64,000 bases of DNA, from the IMG/VR virus record IMGVR_UViG_3300045999_008055; one strand, given 5' to 3'. Numbering within the stretch: position 1 is the stretch's first letter; each line of letters opens with the position of its first letter. Made by a program: the position numbers and the translations under genes. This document shows positions 1-10,499 of this stretch, in pieces. The notes under the pieces were generated by a model, which made no database searches, was not told the DNA's origin, and saw only the letters and a list, made by a program, of their open reading frames with translations. This DNA comes from a virus.

Positions 1-3000
1 TTATTTTGCCAACCAAATAAACCGAACTCACCAGAATTTGTACCTGTTGTATTATAAGCTCTAAATTGTTGAGAGGTAGTTCCATTACGAAGAGCTAATG
101 TATTTGCAGCGTCTCTATATAATAAAACATCTGGAGAAAAAGCGCCTCTTTGTGCACTACTTTGTTGAGAGAAGCCTATTGCTCCAGCTGTTCCTAATAC
201 TAAATTCCAATTTCCATCTTGGTTGTTGAATACAAAATTCCCTCCTCCATTTCCACCATAAAAATAATAATTATTATTTGTATCTGTTGGAGAATCTGTA
301 TATAATCTATTAGGAATCGAAGTTGTTCCAAATCTTGATGGGAATATAATTTGACTATTTCTATCAATAGTTATATTGCCAGTAGATGATAAGTTTATAT
401 TACTTCCAGTTATAACAATATTTCTTAAAATCCCAGAATTAGTTTGTTGAGGACCAATTACTAAACCGCTATTAATCCATCCAAATACACCAAATTCTCC
501 AGTATTCGTGCCTGATATATTAAAAATACGTAATTGTTGAGGAGAGTTATTTGTTATTGGATTTCTTAATGATAAAATACCAGCACCATCTCGTATAATA
601 AAAGCATCTGGACTACTTAGAGCGCTATTAGTTCCATCAAAACCTACTCCTACTACACCAGCGGTATTAGTTCCTCTGCCTACTACAACCACTGGAGTAC
701 TTGAATCAACTTTTAAATATGTGCTTCCTCCTCGTCCTAAATCTAAACCATTTCTATACTTAATAAATCCTGCATCCCCCGCACCCCAATGATTTCCTCG
801 AATTGTTGGTCCAGTAGCATCCATAAAGAATCCAGCATTCGCATGTGCAATAGTTAATATTTTTCCACTATAACTTATACTATCGCCAGTAATTACTAAA
901 GATCTCAATATTCCACTATTAGTATTTCGTGCTCCAATTACTAATTCATTATTTTGCCACCCAAACAAACCAAACTCGCCAGAATTTATGCCAGTTGAAT
1001 TATATATTCTGAGTTGTTGAGCGTTTGTTCCGTTACGTTGAGCTAAAATATTTGCAGCATCTCTATAAATTCCAACGTCAGTTGTAGAAGTTGGTGTTAC
1101 AACATCATTTGTTGAATTCCATAAAAGAGCTCCATTAGCTCCCATCCTTAACGTAGAAGCTGCCATTAAAAATCTTGGATATGCATTTGAAGCAGAATAA
1201 AATCCAATACCATTACTTGTGTCTACGGCTCGAATTGAATGACCATTTCCTAAAAAGTATCCATTTCTTGGACCACTATCCCACGCAGAAGTTAACCCCG
1301 CGTTTATATAAGTTCCCGATATAAAAGCTCCAGATATATTTTCATTAAAAATTTTAGTACCACTTATTATTTCATTTCCAGTTTTATGAACAACTTCGCT
1401 ATCCATTGCGATAAAATCATCTTTACCAGAAGGAAGTCTAAGTATTGAACCATTAGATATTAGAGAGTTTGTATCTCCATAGAAATTTAATGCTATAGAT
1501 TTATTATTTGCAGAATCCGTTAATGTAAGTTGGCTATCATACCAATCCCCAGTATTATATACGGCATTTGCAGGGTCCCACATTATAAACTTAGCAGAAT
1601 AACCATTTATAACATCACCAAATTTAATATTGCCATTTACTTCTAATTTTTCAGAGGGAGTATTTGTGCCAATGCCTATATTATCACCTGTCCAAGTTAA
1701 AACTAATGCTCCAACTTCATTAGATAAATATCTTTCTTCCCAAGAAATAGAAGTCGTTGCATTACTATCTTTTAATAGTCTGCCGCCAAATTCGAGTGAT
1801 GTAACATTATTAATATCTTGAAAAAGATATTCTTCTGAACTAAATATTAAACCATTACCTGCATCTTTTATGAAAACAAAATCGCTATCAGTCTGAAGAT
1901 AATGATTTTTTCCTATTCTATTATTAGTTCCACTAAGAAGTATATCGCCATAAAAACTCTTATTTCCATTTATATTTTGATTGCCATAAAGTAAAACCGC
2001 TGATCCACTTAGACTATTAATTTTACTGTCTAACGTACTTCCTGTATTATATAAATTAGTTATTGTGCTAAATGTATTATTTGCAACTCCACTATAAGCT
2101 TCAATTTGTTGAACAGATGCAATATCAGGTAAAGTTGAGAGATCACTATTTCTTGTGCTAATTCCAAATTTAAAACTTTTACTATGATCAAAACCAATAA
2201 TTGGACCACTATCATTTAGTCCAGTAAATCCACTTCCAGTAACAAAGAAAATTCCACCATCAACTGCGCCACCAGTGAGATTCAAAAGAATATAAGGACT
2301 TTGAACATTAAAATTATTAGTACTAACAATAGTTTCAGTTCCAGTAACAAAAAGATTATTAATGTAAACATTATCTCTAAAAGTTTTAACTCCACCAATG
2401 CTTTGATTTCCATAAAGTAAAACTGAACTGCCACTAAGTGAATTTATTTTGTTGTCTAGTGTGCTACCTGTAGTTCTTAGATTATTTGATATTGCAGTAT
2501 CTTGAGTATTAATATAACCACTTAAATCATTAATCTTTGTATTTAATGTAGAACCTGTATTAAATAAATTATTAATTAATGTAGCGCCAGTAGATGTTAA
2601 ATTATTTGAAATTGATACGTCTTGTGAATTAACGTAGCCACTCAAATTATTAATTTTTATATCGAGCGTAGATCCAGTAGTTGCTAAATTTATTGTTGTT
2701 GCATAAAGAGATAAATTACCAGTAATAAATGGATTTCCACTAATGACTGGTGCTACATTAAAAGTTTTAATTCCGCTTATAGTTTGATCTCCAGTAGTGT
2801 AAACAATTGTGGTTGGTAGTCCAGCTGCTTCGCCACTAAGAAGAACTCCTGTACCATTTACGGTTGGGCGATTGTCAAAACTTGCGCCGCTTGCTTTTAC
2901 ATTTCCATTTACTTCTAATTTTTCAGATGGAGAACTTGTGCCTATACCAATTTTACCATTATTTTTTATTCTTAATCTTTCATATCCTTCACTTGGATTT

Positions 3001-3668
3001 TCTGCTGTAAAAAATAATATATCTCCACCTTGCCAATTATATTGTTCAAAATCATTATTATTTATTCCACAAAACATACCCTTACCTGATCCACCACTAT
3101 TTAAAATTTCTAAAAATGTATCTTGATTATTAGATTGGAGACTTAATGTATATGGATTAGTTATATCTAATATAGTATCACCAATTACTAAACGACCACT
3201 TTTAATTTGATTTCCAGTTGTAAAAAGAATATTACTACTTGAACTATTTATATAACCACTTAAAAAATTAACTTTAGTATCAAGTGTAGAACCAGTAGTA
3301 TATAGTTGAAGATCTGTTGCGTAATTACTATCTAAGTTGCCGCTAAAACCTGTTAATAGTATATAAAGATTACTTCCTGTACTCTCTAAATTAGTTGTTA
3401 AATTATTTACTGCTAATTGAAAATATCCACTATTACCAGAAAAGAATATTGTACTAATAGATTGATCAGAAGAAATTATAATACCGTTTTGACCAGAAAA
3501 TAAAATTGAATCACCAGTTACACCATTAATTAATGGAGTAAAACCTCTTGGTCCTGCTGGGCCTTGAGGACCAGGAACTGAAACATTCGTAGCTAATGCT
3601 TGCGTTGGCGATGTTACATCAACGCTAATTGGATCTGGCAAAACCACATTAACATTTATGTCTGCCAT
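1..3668 (-). CDS. Tail fibre-like protein, 3' end runs off the window (>1220 aa)
   Basis: Missing from the ORF track because it has no stop in the window. ATG at 3668 (MADINVNV) is in frame with GEFGLFGWQN at 3-32. Contains collagen-like GPQGPAGP, repeats GSTLxxKINxLSG, GxQxIxGxKxF, IGIGTxxPSEKLEVNGN and three copies of a GEFGxFGW module. Confidence 0.8.
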   Translation of the reverse strand, partial: MADINVNVVLPDPISVDVTSPTQALATNVSVPGPQGPAGPRGFTPLINGVTGDSILFSGQNGIIISSDQSISTIFFSGNSGYFQLAVNNLTTNLESTGSNLYILLTGFSGNLDSNYATDLQLYTTGSTLDTKVNFLSGYINSSSSNILFTTGNQIKSGRLVIGDTILDITNPYTLSLQSNNQDTFLEILNSGGSGKGMFCGINNNDFEQYNWQGGDILFFTAENPSEGYERLRIKNNGKIGIGTSSPSEKLEVNGNVKASGASFDNRPTVNGTGVLLSGEAAGLPTTIVYTTGDQTISGIKTFNVAPVISGNPFITGNLSLYATTINLATTGSTLDIKINNLSGYVNSQDVSISNNLTSTGATLINNLFNTGSTLNTKINDLSGYINTQDTAISNNLRTTGSTLDNKINSLSGSSVLLYGNQSIGGVKTFRDNVYINNLFVTGTETIVSTNNFNVQSPYILLNLTGGAVDGGIFFVTGSGFTGLNDSGPIIGFDHSKSFKFGISTRNSDLSTLPDIASVQQIEAYSGVANNTFSTITNLYNTGSTLDSKINSLSGSAVLLYGNQNINGNKSFYGDILLSGTNNRIGKNHYLQTDSDFVFIKDAGNGLIFSSEEYLFQDINNVTSLEFGGRLLKDSNATTSISWEERYLSNEVGALVLTWTGDNIGIGTNTPSEKLEVNGNIKFGDVINGYSAKFIMWDPANAVYNTGDWYDSQLTLTDSANNKSIALNFYGDTNSLISNGSILRLPSGKDDFIAMDSEVVHKTGNEIISGTKIFNENISGAFISGTYINAGLTSAWDSGPRNGYFLGNGHSIRAVDTSNGIGFYSASNAYPRFLMAASTLRMGANGALLWNSTNDVVTPTSTTDVGIYRDAANILAQRNGTNAQQLRIYNSTGINSGEFGLFGWQNNELVIGARNTNSGILRSLVITGDSISYSGKILTIAHANAGFFMDATGPTIRGNHWGAGDAGFIKYRNGLDLGRGGSTYLKVDSSTPVVVVGRGTNTAGVVGVGFDGTNSALSSPDAFIIRDGAGILSLRNPITNNSPQQLRIFNISGTNTGEFGVFGWINSGLVIGPQQTNSGILRNIVITGSNINLSSTGNITIDRNSQIIFPSRFGTTSIPNRLYTDSPTDTNNNYYFYGGNGGGNFVFNNQDGNWNLVLGTAGAIGFSQQSSAQRGAFSPDVLLYRDAANTLALRNGTTSQQFRAYNTTGTNSGEFGLFGWQN

Positions 3669-3672
3669 AATC

Positions 3673-4017
3673 TTATCTCGTTACTTCTGGTAATATAGAA
3701 ATTATACCTCTTAATAATTTGATACTATTTCCCGTAGGAATGCCAGAAGGAAATCTTTCTACATCATATACAAAATCACCTACAGGAACATCTTGCGAAA
3801 CATAAGAATCTATGCTTATAGATGATGCATTTCCACTATAAACATTTACGATAGGATTTAAATTTAATAAAATTCCAGTTGAACCATAATCAGCGCGAAC
3901 TTGACCTCTTACATCATAACCGCTAAAACTTATTGGTGTTCCGCTAGAACTAACCACATTTAATGTAAGTTGTATGTAATCGCCTTGATATCCAGTAAAA
4001 TTATAAAAGGTAGCCAT
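3673..4017 (-). CDS. Tail/baseplate-associated adaptor-like protein
   Basis: QGD..LTL..GTPISFSGY.VRGQVR and VYDVE..LLRG.ISILPEVTR pattern typical of small proteins preceding phage fibre genes. Confidence 0.5.
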   Translation of the reverse strand: MATFYNFTGYQGDYIQLTLNVVSSSGTPISFSGYDVRGQVRADYGSTGILLNLNPIVNVYSGNASSISIDSYVSQDVPVGDFVYDVERFPSGIPTGNSIKLLRGIISILPEVTR

Positions 4018-4067
4018 ATAATAAATATTACACGGCTACACTTTTATAGCGAATTATTTTTTAAATT

Positions 4068-4412
4068 TTATCTGCCTTCTGAAAGAATGTCGCGAGCAGT
4101 TTTTGATACTGGTTTATTACTTTTACTATCTGGCCTAACATTATATTGAGAAGCGTATTTTACAAATTCTTGTTTTAATCTTTTTCTTAATGTATCGCGA
4201 TCATCAATTGGAATAAGGCCAATCTTAACTGCATGAGCTTGTAAATCACTCTTTGAGAGACCTCTTAAATATTCATCATATTCGACTGGATCAAGAGTTC
4301 CGTACTTTCTCTTACCATCATCGCCCCAAATTTGATCTAATGTTACTTTGCGATTTTCTACTTTACCATGAGTTTGGTTAAGATTATCTAATTTTGATTT
4401 TTTGCGTGGCAT
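4068..4412 (-). CDS. Hypothetical protein (head module)
   Basis: 114 aa ORF directly downstream of the capsid gene. Confidence 0.7.
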   Translation of the reverse strand: MPRKKSKLDNLNQTHGKVENRKVTLDQIWGDDGKRKYGTLDPVEYDEYLRGLSKSDLQAHAVKIGLIPIDDRDTLRKRLKQEFVKYASQYNVRPDSKSNKPVSKTARDILSEGR

Positions 4413-4467
4413 AATATATATTATATCTCCTGTTAATAGATTATATTGATAAAATATAAAGATGTCT

Positions 4468-4509
4468 AAAAAAAAGAAAACCCACGGACTATTAATCCGT
4501 GGGTTTCTT
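4468..4509 (-). terminator. Intrinsic terminator after the major capsid gene
   Basis: Hairpin AAACCCACGGA-N7-TCCGTGGGTTT followed by a U-tract on the minus strand. Confidence 0.8.
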
Positions 4510-4529
4510 AAGTTAAGTAATATCGTTAA

Positions 4530-5615
4530 TTAGCGAATTACTAGACCATGAACTGCACGAGAATCAACGCAAGCGCGTCCTTCTTCGAGGAATCCGTAGA
4601 AGCCGATTTTCTCGGAACGAGCTACGAATTGATCGTCTGGAAGAGCGGTGAATGTTCCACCGGATTCTGCTTGGCGAGCTACTGGGCGAACAAAAGCGTC
4701 CTTGGTTAAATCCAAGCCAACAATTAGTTCGTCACTAGAAGCGGTAAATGTACCAGCATAAAACTCTTTAAAGAGAGAATTATACTTTTGGCCACCGCCA
4801 AGTTCGATGAGATCATGGATAGCAACACCATAAATCTCTTGTGTACCAGCGGCACGATAGATTTCTTCACGAACACCATCTGGTAGATTTGTTAGTGTTT
4901 GAACTCCATTGTTAACTGGAACAGTGTCAGTTGTACTAGTAATAGCAACTGGTTGATAAGCAAAAGCACGAATGTCTTGCTTGACTTCTGGGCTAACAAA
5001 GATATCTGTTAGACCATATGCGTCTGTGGTTGTACCACCAGCATAAGATCTATTGATTCTTTTAACTTGAGTCATTAGTGCATTTAACATGTCTAGAGTA
5101 AATGAAACAGTTGTTACATTTTGATCTAGAACATTGCCACTTTCAGCAAGAGTTTTTAGAGCTACTGCCCAAGCATTACGTTCTTGTTTTACAAGAACTT
5201 CATTGGCCATACGCTCTACGGCTTTACTAACTACGTCGAGACGACCACGACGAGCATAGCGCTTTAGGAAGCTGACAGCACTATCTAAACGATAGGTTGC
5301 AACTTTCATTTCGGCGAAACCTTCAACTGTTGAAGTTGGAAGACCACCGGCTACGCTTTGTGACCATGTAGTTACATAACCTTCACCACCATCATACCAT
5401 AGGTCGAGAGGGATAGAAGGACGATCATCTTCGTCGTAAGGAAGATCTGTATAGATAGCAGAGGCGGTTGCAGCTTGCATTAGAACCTTTGCTACGACTG
5501 GTCCTAGGAAAGCGGCAAAAGCTTGATTGGCTTCAGCGGCAACTGTATTATCACGGCTGCCCATAGCTTTTACAAGCTCGATTTGCTCTGGAGTATTTTT
5601 TAGTCTTAATTTCAT
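4530..5615 (-). CDS. Major capsid protein
   Basis: 361 aa, placed after the protease/scaffold and decoration genes, followed by a strong terminator; high-expression codon style; C-terminal GFYGFLEEG..VDSRAV fits an HK97-fold capsid protein. Confidence 0.75.
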   Translation of the reverse strand: MKLRLKNTPEQIELVKAMGSRDNTVAAEANQAFAAFLGPVVAKVLMQAATASAIYTDLPYDEDDRPSIPLDLWYDGGEGYVTTWSQSVAGGLPTSTVEGFAEMKVATYRLDSAVSFLKRYARRGRLDVVSKAVERMANEVLVKQERNAWAVALKTLAESGNVLDQNVTTVSFTLDMLNALMTQVKRINRSYAGGTTTDAYGLTDIFVSPEVKQDIRAFAYQPVAITSTTDTVPVNNGVQTLTNLPDGVREEIYRAAGTQEIYGVAIHDLIELGGGQKYNSLFKEFYAGTFTASSDELIVGLDLTKDAFVRPVARQAESGGTFTALPDDQFVARSEKIGFYGFLEEGRACVDSRAVHGLVIR

Positions 5616-5638
5616 TTTAAATTTTCTCCTTTACGAAA

Positions 5639-6217
5639 TTAGAGGGTGATCTTTAGAAGAGCAGTATTAGATACTGCATTTCCAAGGAATCTTCCAACTG
5701 CAACTTCGTTAGTTCTTAGAGTGGATGTATTGGCTAAATCACCAACAGTACCACTAACTACAGCGTATTGTCCGGCTGTTGCATTTGCAATAGTAGAACC
5801 ACTATAAAGTACTACGCCACGAGTTAGTACTGGAACAGCTTGTCCAGATATAACTACGTTCATTTCAGCGGCTTTACGTGGATTGAAAATTAGTTTTTCA
5901 CCATTTTCATCTAGTTCGCGAACATCTAGAAGAGTTAATCCTAGTACATCACCAGATGTAGCTAGAGTAACTTTTGGTCTTACTCCGAATCTTTGAGAAT
6001 CGGAAAGAGGGAATGTTGCGCCAACTGGTCCTAGCAAATCAATTGGTTGATTTGCACTGGAGCTTGTTGGTCCAACTGTGAATCCTTCAGCGGATAGTTT
6101 AACTGCAGCACCTTTTGTTACAATAACAGAACTGCTTTCGGCAGCACCGCTATAAGCAAAAAGATTGAGTACTTCATGTTCACTATAATCCCTGAATGGT
6201 CTTAATGTATGTGCCAT
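5639..6217 (-). CDS. Putative capsid decoration/cement protein
   Basis: 192 aa, Gly/Ala/Val-rich, between scaffold and capsid genes. Confidence 0.55.
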   Translation of the reverse strand: MAHTLRPFRDYSEHEVLNLFAYSGAAESSSVIVTKGAAVKLSAEGFTVGPTSSSANQPIDLLGPVGATFPLSDSQRFGVRPKVTLATSGDVLGLTLLDVRELDENGEKLIFNPRKAAEMNVVISGQAVPVLTRGVVLYSGSTIANATAGQYAVVSGTVGDLANTSTLRTNEVAVGRFLGNAVSNTALLKITL

Positions 6218-6236
6218 ATTAGTTTCTCCTTGTTTA

Positions 6237-7817
6237 TTATTTAATTAATTCAAATCCGTCCAAACCGAAAGCTGCTGCGTATTTTTCTTTTACGCTTGGC
6301 TGTGCGGCTGGTGCAGAATTTGGAATTTCTGTTGAAGCTTTTGCGCCATTATCTACAGCTTGCTCAACAACCTCTTGAGTTGTTTCTGCAACTGGAGCCT
6401 CAGATGCTTTTACTTCGGAAGCTTGCATAGCTTTTTGAGCCATTTCTTTTTCCTTTTGCATCTTTTCGGCCATAGCTTTTTTGTAAGCTTTATTTTTTTC
6501 TTTCATAAGAACAGACATTTTGTTCTTATAAGCAGAAAAAGTTTCTTCGTTCAAATCTTTAATATCAGAAGCGATTACTTTACGATCTTCTTCGTCTAGA
6601 TCGAATTCTTCGTCTAAAGCTGCCATTCTCATGCTGAATGCTTCTTCTTTAGCTTTTGCTTCTTTTTCAGCTTCGATTGTTGCTAATTTTTCAGTTAATT
6701 CAATTACTTGTTTCTTAACTGCTTCGTGCTCTGTCTCTACTGCAGCAATTTTTTCATTAGCAGCTTTTAATTCATTTTCTTTAGCAGATTTCTCTGCCAA
6801 GAAAGTTTCATTAGCTTTTTTGATTTCTTCTGCAACAAATTCAACTATTGAACTGGCTGTTGCTTCTTTAAGAAGAGAATCTGTAATATCTTCAATTTTG
6901 GTTATTTTCATATATATCCTCTCTTTTTTTACATCTAATTTTTCTTCTTGGGAAACAGTATTTTCAGAAGCAAGAACAGGCTCTTGGACTAATTCCACTT
7001 CTTTTTCCTCATTTGCTTCTGTTTCTTCAGAGCTTTTATTGACTTTTAATTCAATTTTAATAGGCTCTTCTGGTGGCGTTGCAACGCCTTGAACATCAGC
7101 GGCTGGATTTAACGTAAATCCAATACCTAGAGGTACTACTTTACCCAAAACTTGTCTATATACATATCTATCATCACCTAGTTTTCCTGATCCGCCAAAA
7201 CCCCTTAGATTATCTTTTAATTTATCTATTTGATTAGCGTCAGAAATAATTGTGCCATTTTCAATATTTTTTTCACCATTTTCTAATACAACAATATTAA
7301 AATCATTAAATCCAAGTTCCCAAGAAGCAGAAATTGTCATATAATTATCACTAGTTGGATCGTTAGATTCTTCTATTTGATCTGCAAGATCACGATTAAC
7401 TACTTTCCAAATAACACCACCAAGAGTAATATTAAATGGAGTTTTCATTGATTTTACGTCAGCTTCAGCAAGACTCTCGTTTGTGCCAAATTTACTAAAA
7501 TTAGACGAAAGAATACATCCAATTACTTGACCGCGATTATGTTCAATGTTAATTGGTTTATTAACAAAAAGTTTAGCTATTTTGGCAGCAGTTTCGCCAT
7601 CAATTACATCGCCATTTTTATTAACGCGATTTACAACACAAGCATCAAAAGCTACTGGGAGAAGATCAACATTATCTTCTGTATTGATTTCTGGTAAAAA
7701 TTTTCTCAATTTGTCAAGAGAAGCAACGGAAAGATATTTATCTTTTTCTTCGCTTACTACTGGACGAATTTTAATATTTGCAAAAGCTGATTCAAATTTA
7801 AATTTTTGTTTTTTCAT
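6237..7817 (-). CDS. Prohead protease-scaffold fusion
   Basis: N-terminal NKNGD..KPINIEH..SASWE..NPA protease-like motifs, then a long Glu/Lys/Ala coiled-coil tail. Confidence 0.7.
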   Translation of the reverse strand: MKKQKFKFESAFANIKIRPVVSEEKDKYLSVASLDKLRKFLPEINTEDNVDLLPVAFDACVVNRVNKNGDVIDGETAAKIAKLFVNKPINIEHNRGQVIGCILSSNFSKFGTNESLAEADVKSMKTPFNITLGGVIWKVVNRDLADQIEESNDPTSDNYMTISASWELGFNDFNIVVLENGEKNIENGTIISDANQIDKLKDNLRGFGGSGKLGDDRYVYRQVLGKVVPLGIGFTLNPAADVQGVATPPEEPIKIELKVNKSSEETEANEEKEVELVQEPVLASENTVSQEEKLDVKKERIYMKITKIEDITDSLLKEATASSIVEFVAEEIKKANETFLAEKSAKENELKAANEKIAAVETEHEAVKKQVIELTEKLATIEAEKEAKAKEEAFSMRMAALDEEFDLDEEDRKVIASDIKDLNEETFSAYKNKMSVLMKEKNKAYKKAMAEKMQKEKEMAQKAMQASEVKASEAPVAETTQEVVEQAVDNGAKASTEIPNSAPAAQPSVKEKYAAAFGLDGFELIK

Positions 7818-8404
7818 ATTTCAAATCTTCCGTAACCAAATATTACACCATCTTCTTCATCATCGAGATATAATTCATTAATATCATTAAATTCAAAATC
7901 ATTTAAATCATAATTTTTTAAATCTTCTTGTGCTTGAGCAAAATCTTCATCATCTGGTTCGAAATTAACTTCTACTTCATAGTCAGAAACTGAGGCTCTT
8001 GCAATATCACTATCAGCTTTTCTATAAGAATCTTTTACTTTGCCACCACCTACCATTTTTAGAAACATATTTACGCGCGCCATAGCCCAGCCACCACGAC
8101 TCATTCCTGGTCTGTGAGAAGAAGAAAATGCGCCTGCACCACGACGGTATACTTTTTTTAATTGGCCAAGGGTAACTTTCTTTTTATTTTTACTATTATG
8201 TTCTTTGACTTTATTTTTAAGAGCTTCAATTACTTTTTTAGAAAATTCTATAGCTTTATCACTTTTTGTACCTGCGCTTCCTGGTTTATTACGAGATGAT
8301 CCTTTGCGTCTTTCAGATGGTTTTGCAGGAGTTTGAGCAGCAGATTTAGGACCTTTTCTTTTGGCATTATTTTCTATGCCATATTTTTCTGGATCGTAAG
8401 TCAT
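7814..8404 (-). CDS. Basic head-module protein, DUF5824-like
   Basis: LKKVYRRGAGAF..HRPG..WAMARV motif recalled from DUF5824-type viral proteins; acidic C-terminus. Confidence 0.5.
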   Translation of the reverse strand: MTYDPEKYGIENNAKRKGPKSAAQTPAKPSERRKGSSRNKPGSAGTKSDKAIEFSKKVIEALKNKVKEHNSKNKKKVTLGQLKKVYRRGAGAFSSSHRPGMSRGGWAMARVNMFLKMVGGGKVKDSYRKADSDIARASVSDYEVEVNFEPDDEDFAQAQEDLKNYDLNDFEFNDINELYLDDEEDGVIFGYGRFEI

Positions 8405-8465
8405 ATATCTTTAATTAATATTATACTAATATTACACTTAAATATATTATTTTAATTAATTTTAA

Positions 8466-8618
8466 TTATTTATCGCCGTAAAGCTCTTTTGTAACATCGT
8501 AGGCTGAACCACTAGTTGGGGTATCAGGGTATTTCGTGGGTAACTCTCTGCTTTCATAATTTGGTTCGGAGCAACTAATTAATAAAAATAAAGGTAATAT
8601 TAATACTAATTTCTTCAT
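8466..8618 (-). CDS. Small lipoprotein (50 aa)
   Basis: Manually translated MKKLVLILPLFLLISCSEPNY...; lipobox LISC; GTGTAA motif upstream. Confidence 0.6.
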   Translation of the reverse strand: MKKLVLILPLFLLISCSEPNYESRELPTKYPDTPTSGSAYDVTKELYGDK

Positions 8619-8630
8619 ATAGTATTATAA

Positions 8631-9257
8631 TTACACATTAAAAGATTCTTCAATTATTTTAGCTTCTGCGTCTCTTCTGCGACTCATACCTTTTTCTATA
8701 CTGCCGCCAATCCATATTCTTTTCATTTTTCTTATCTGATCTGCAATTAAAGATAAAGTTTTTTGATCAAAATTTTGTGTCTTTGCCATAATATCACGAA
8801 TAGCTTTCATTTCACGGCGACGATCTCCTTCTAATGCTGCGCCTCGATTAAATACAAGACTAACTAATCCGCCTTTAGCATCTTCTGGAAGTTTATCAAA
8901 GTTAGGAAAAGTTCCTCGGGTAAGATCATGGAATTTCTTTACCGTTTTATTCATAAATACTTTTACTGATAATTCCCAAGGTATAATTATATCTTTTAAT
9001 CTTCGGGTTAATTCTTTTGCTTGATAACCTTTGACTCCAACAACGCGGTATAATCTATCAAAAGTTTCTTTAGGAAGATCTTTCCAATCATTAGTGAATT
9101 CTGTTTTATTTACATATCCAGTATCGTAACCTACTCCGATTGTAACTCCGCTTTGCTCTCCTGGCCATGTTGGATTTTTTAAAAATTTATTGTAATAGTT
9201 TTCGCCGCCACCAACTTCAAAATCAAAAATAAGTTTTAAGGATTTATCGTTAAGCAT
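8631..9257 (-). CDS. Endolysin, lysozyme-like (GH24/pesticin-like)
   Basis: FEVG..SGVTIGVGYD, LVSLVFNRG and GMSRRRDAEA motifs. Confidence 0.8.
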   Translation of the reverse strand: MLNDKSLKLIFDFEVGGGENYYNKFLKNPTWPGEQSGVTIGVGYDTGYVNKTEFTNDWKDLPKETFDRLYRVVGVKGYQAKELTRRLKDIIIPWELSVKVFMNKTVKKFHDLTRGTFPNFDKLPEDAKGGLVSLVFNRGAALEGDRRREMKAIRDIMAKTQNFDQKTLSLIADQIRKMKRIWIGGSIEKGMSRRRDAEAKIIEESFNV

Positions 9258-9259
9258 AG

Positions 9260-9910
9260 TTAAATTGCAGATATTGTAACAGTTCCAGAATAACCAGTAG
9301 TACCAGAATATGATCCTACAGGAGTTCCACTAAATTTTACAAATAAACCAGAACTACCAGTCGTACCAATTGGTGCTATTATCCAAGCCATAGAAATAAA
9401 TATCATCCAATATGTATTTGTTTCATCTTGATATCTAATTTGGCCATTATAAGTCAAACCAGTATCATAAAATCTTAAATTATTTATATTTGGAGATAAT
9501 CCTGTGCCAGTGGCTTTATATGCATATACTCTTGGGCGAAGATTTAATTTTCCACCACCAAGATTTTGTTTTTTAATAGAAATTTTATTTTTATATTCAG
9601 ATATTGTAACAGTTCCAACTTTATCTCCAGCAGCTATATAAGATCCAGCTACAGTATCTGTTGCTCCTACTTTCCCCCAAGCATTTGCAGTAAAAGTTCC
9701 AATATTAGCTATAGATCCTATTAACCAAATCCCAACTGGGGATGTTACATACCAAATAGCATATTGACCATCTTCGCTATAAAAAGATTTTTTACCATTA
9801 TAAATTAAACCACTATCATAAAATTTTAAACTATTAATATTCGGAGATAGTCCTGTTCCAGAAGCTATATATAGATAATCTCTAGTTTTAGGTATTATTA
9901 ATCTGCCCAT
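9260..9910 (-). CDS. Protein with an internally duplicated domain, probably virion-associated
   Basis: Two copies of AxGTGLSPNINxLxFYDxGLxYNG...GSY...GTVTIS. Confidence 0.6.
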   Translation of the reverse strand: MGRLIIPKTRDYLYIASGTGLSPNINSLKFYDSGLIYNGKKSFYSEDGQYAIWYVTSPVGIWLIGSIANIGTFTANAWGKVGATDTVAGSYIAAGDKVGTVTISEYKNKISIKKQNLGGGKLNLRPRVYAYKATGTGLSPNINNLRFYDTGLTYNGQIRYQDETNTYWMIFISMAWIIAPIGTTGSSGLFVKFSGTPVGSYSGTTGYSGTVTISAI

Positions 9911-9915
9911 TTTAT

Positions 9916-10332
9916 TTAATTATTTATTTTATCTATTGTTTTATCTATGATATTATCTGCTGGGACTTTTTCTTTTAGCCAAGAGTTCATTACTCCAAAA
10001 TAAACAAGATGCTCATTATCAATTAAAAATAAATCATTTCCATAACGATCTTTGTATGGTTGTATTCCAGCATTCTCGACAAGTTCAATAGCTTTTTCTT
10101 TTTTAAATTTTACTTTATACATTTGTATTAAATTATTGTAACGTTCTTTTGCTTGAGAGGTAATTACTGCTCCATTATCTATAAGAGCAACTAAACCACC
10201 ATTATCTTTATTATAATTACTTGGCGTAGAAGCATCGTAAGATGCGGTACTGTCTTGTATTTTATCTGGTGTTATTGTAGCGCAACCAACAAGAAAAAAA
10301 TTAAGAACCAATATGCTTGCGAACTTCTTCAA
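9916..10332 (-). CDS. Lipoprotein, o-spanin candidate
   Basis: Lipobox LVGC; overlaps the upstream small gene; lies in the lysis cassette. Confidence 0.5.
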   Translation of the reverse strand: MKKFASILVLNFFLVGCATITPDKIQDSTASYDASTPSNYNKDNGGLVALIDNGAVITSQAKERYNNLIQMYKVKFKKEKAIELVENAGIQPYKDRYGNDLFLIDNEHLVYFGVMNSWLKEKVPADNIIDKTIDKINN

Positions 10333-10498
10333 GATTTTTCTCCTTGACTGCTTTTTCTATTTCACTTTGATGATCAACTTCTTTTTGAGCTTGTTGACGT
10401 TCTTTCATTTCTTTGGTATTTTTTGCGCCAAAAACATTATTAATTGCTTCAAATATTCCTCCAACAAGTCTTATAACTGCGCCGAGTAGTTCCGTCAC
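10301..10498 (-). CDS. Small membrane/coiled-coil protein, i-spanin candidate
   Basis: Hydrophobic N-terminus and charged helical tail; overlaps the lipoprotein gene. Confidence 0.45.
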   Translation of the reverse strand: MTELLGAVIRLVGGIFEAINNVFGAKNTKEMKERQQAQKEVDHQSEIEKAVKEKNLEEVRKHIGS

Positions 10499-10499
10499 T

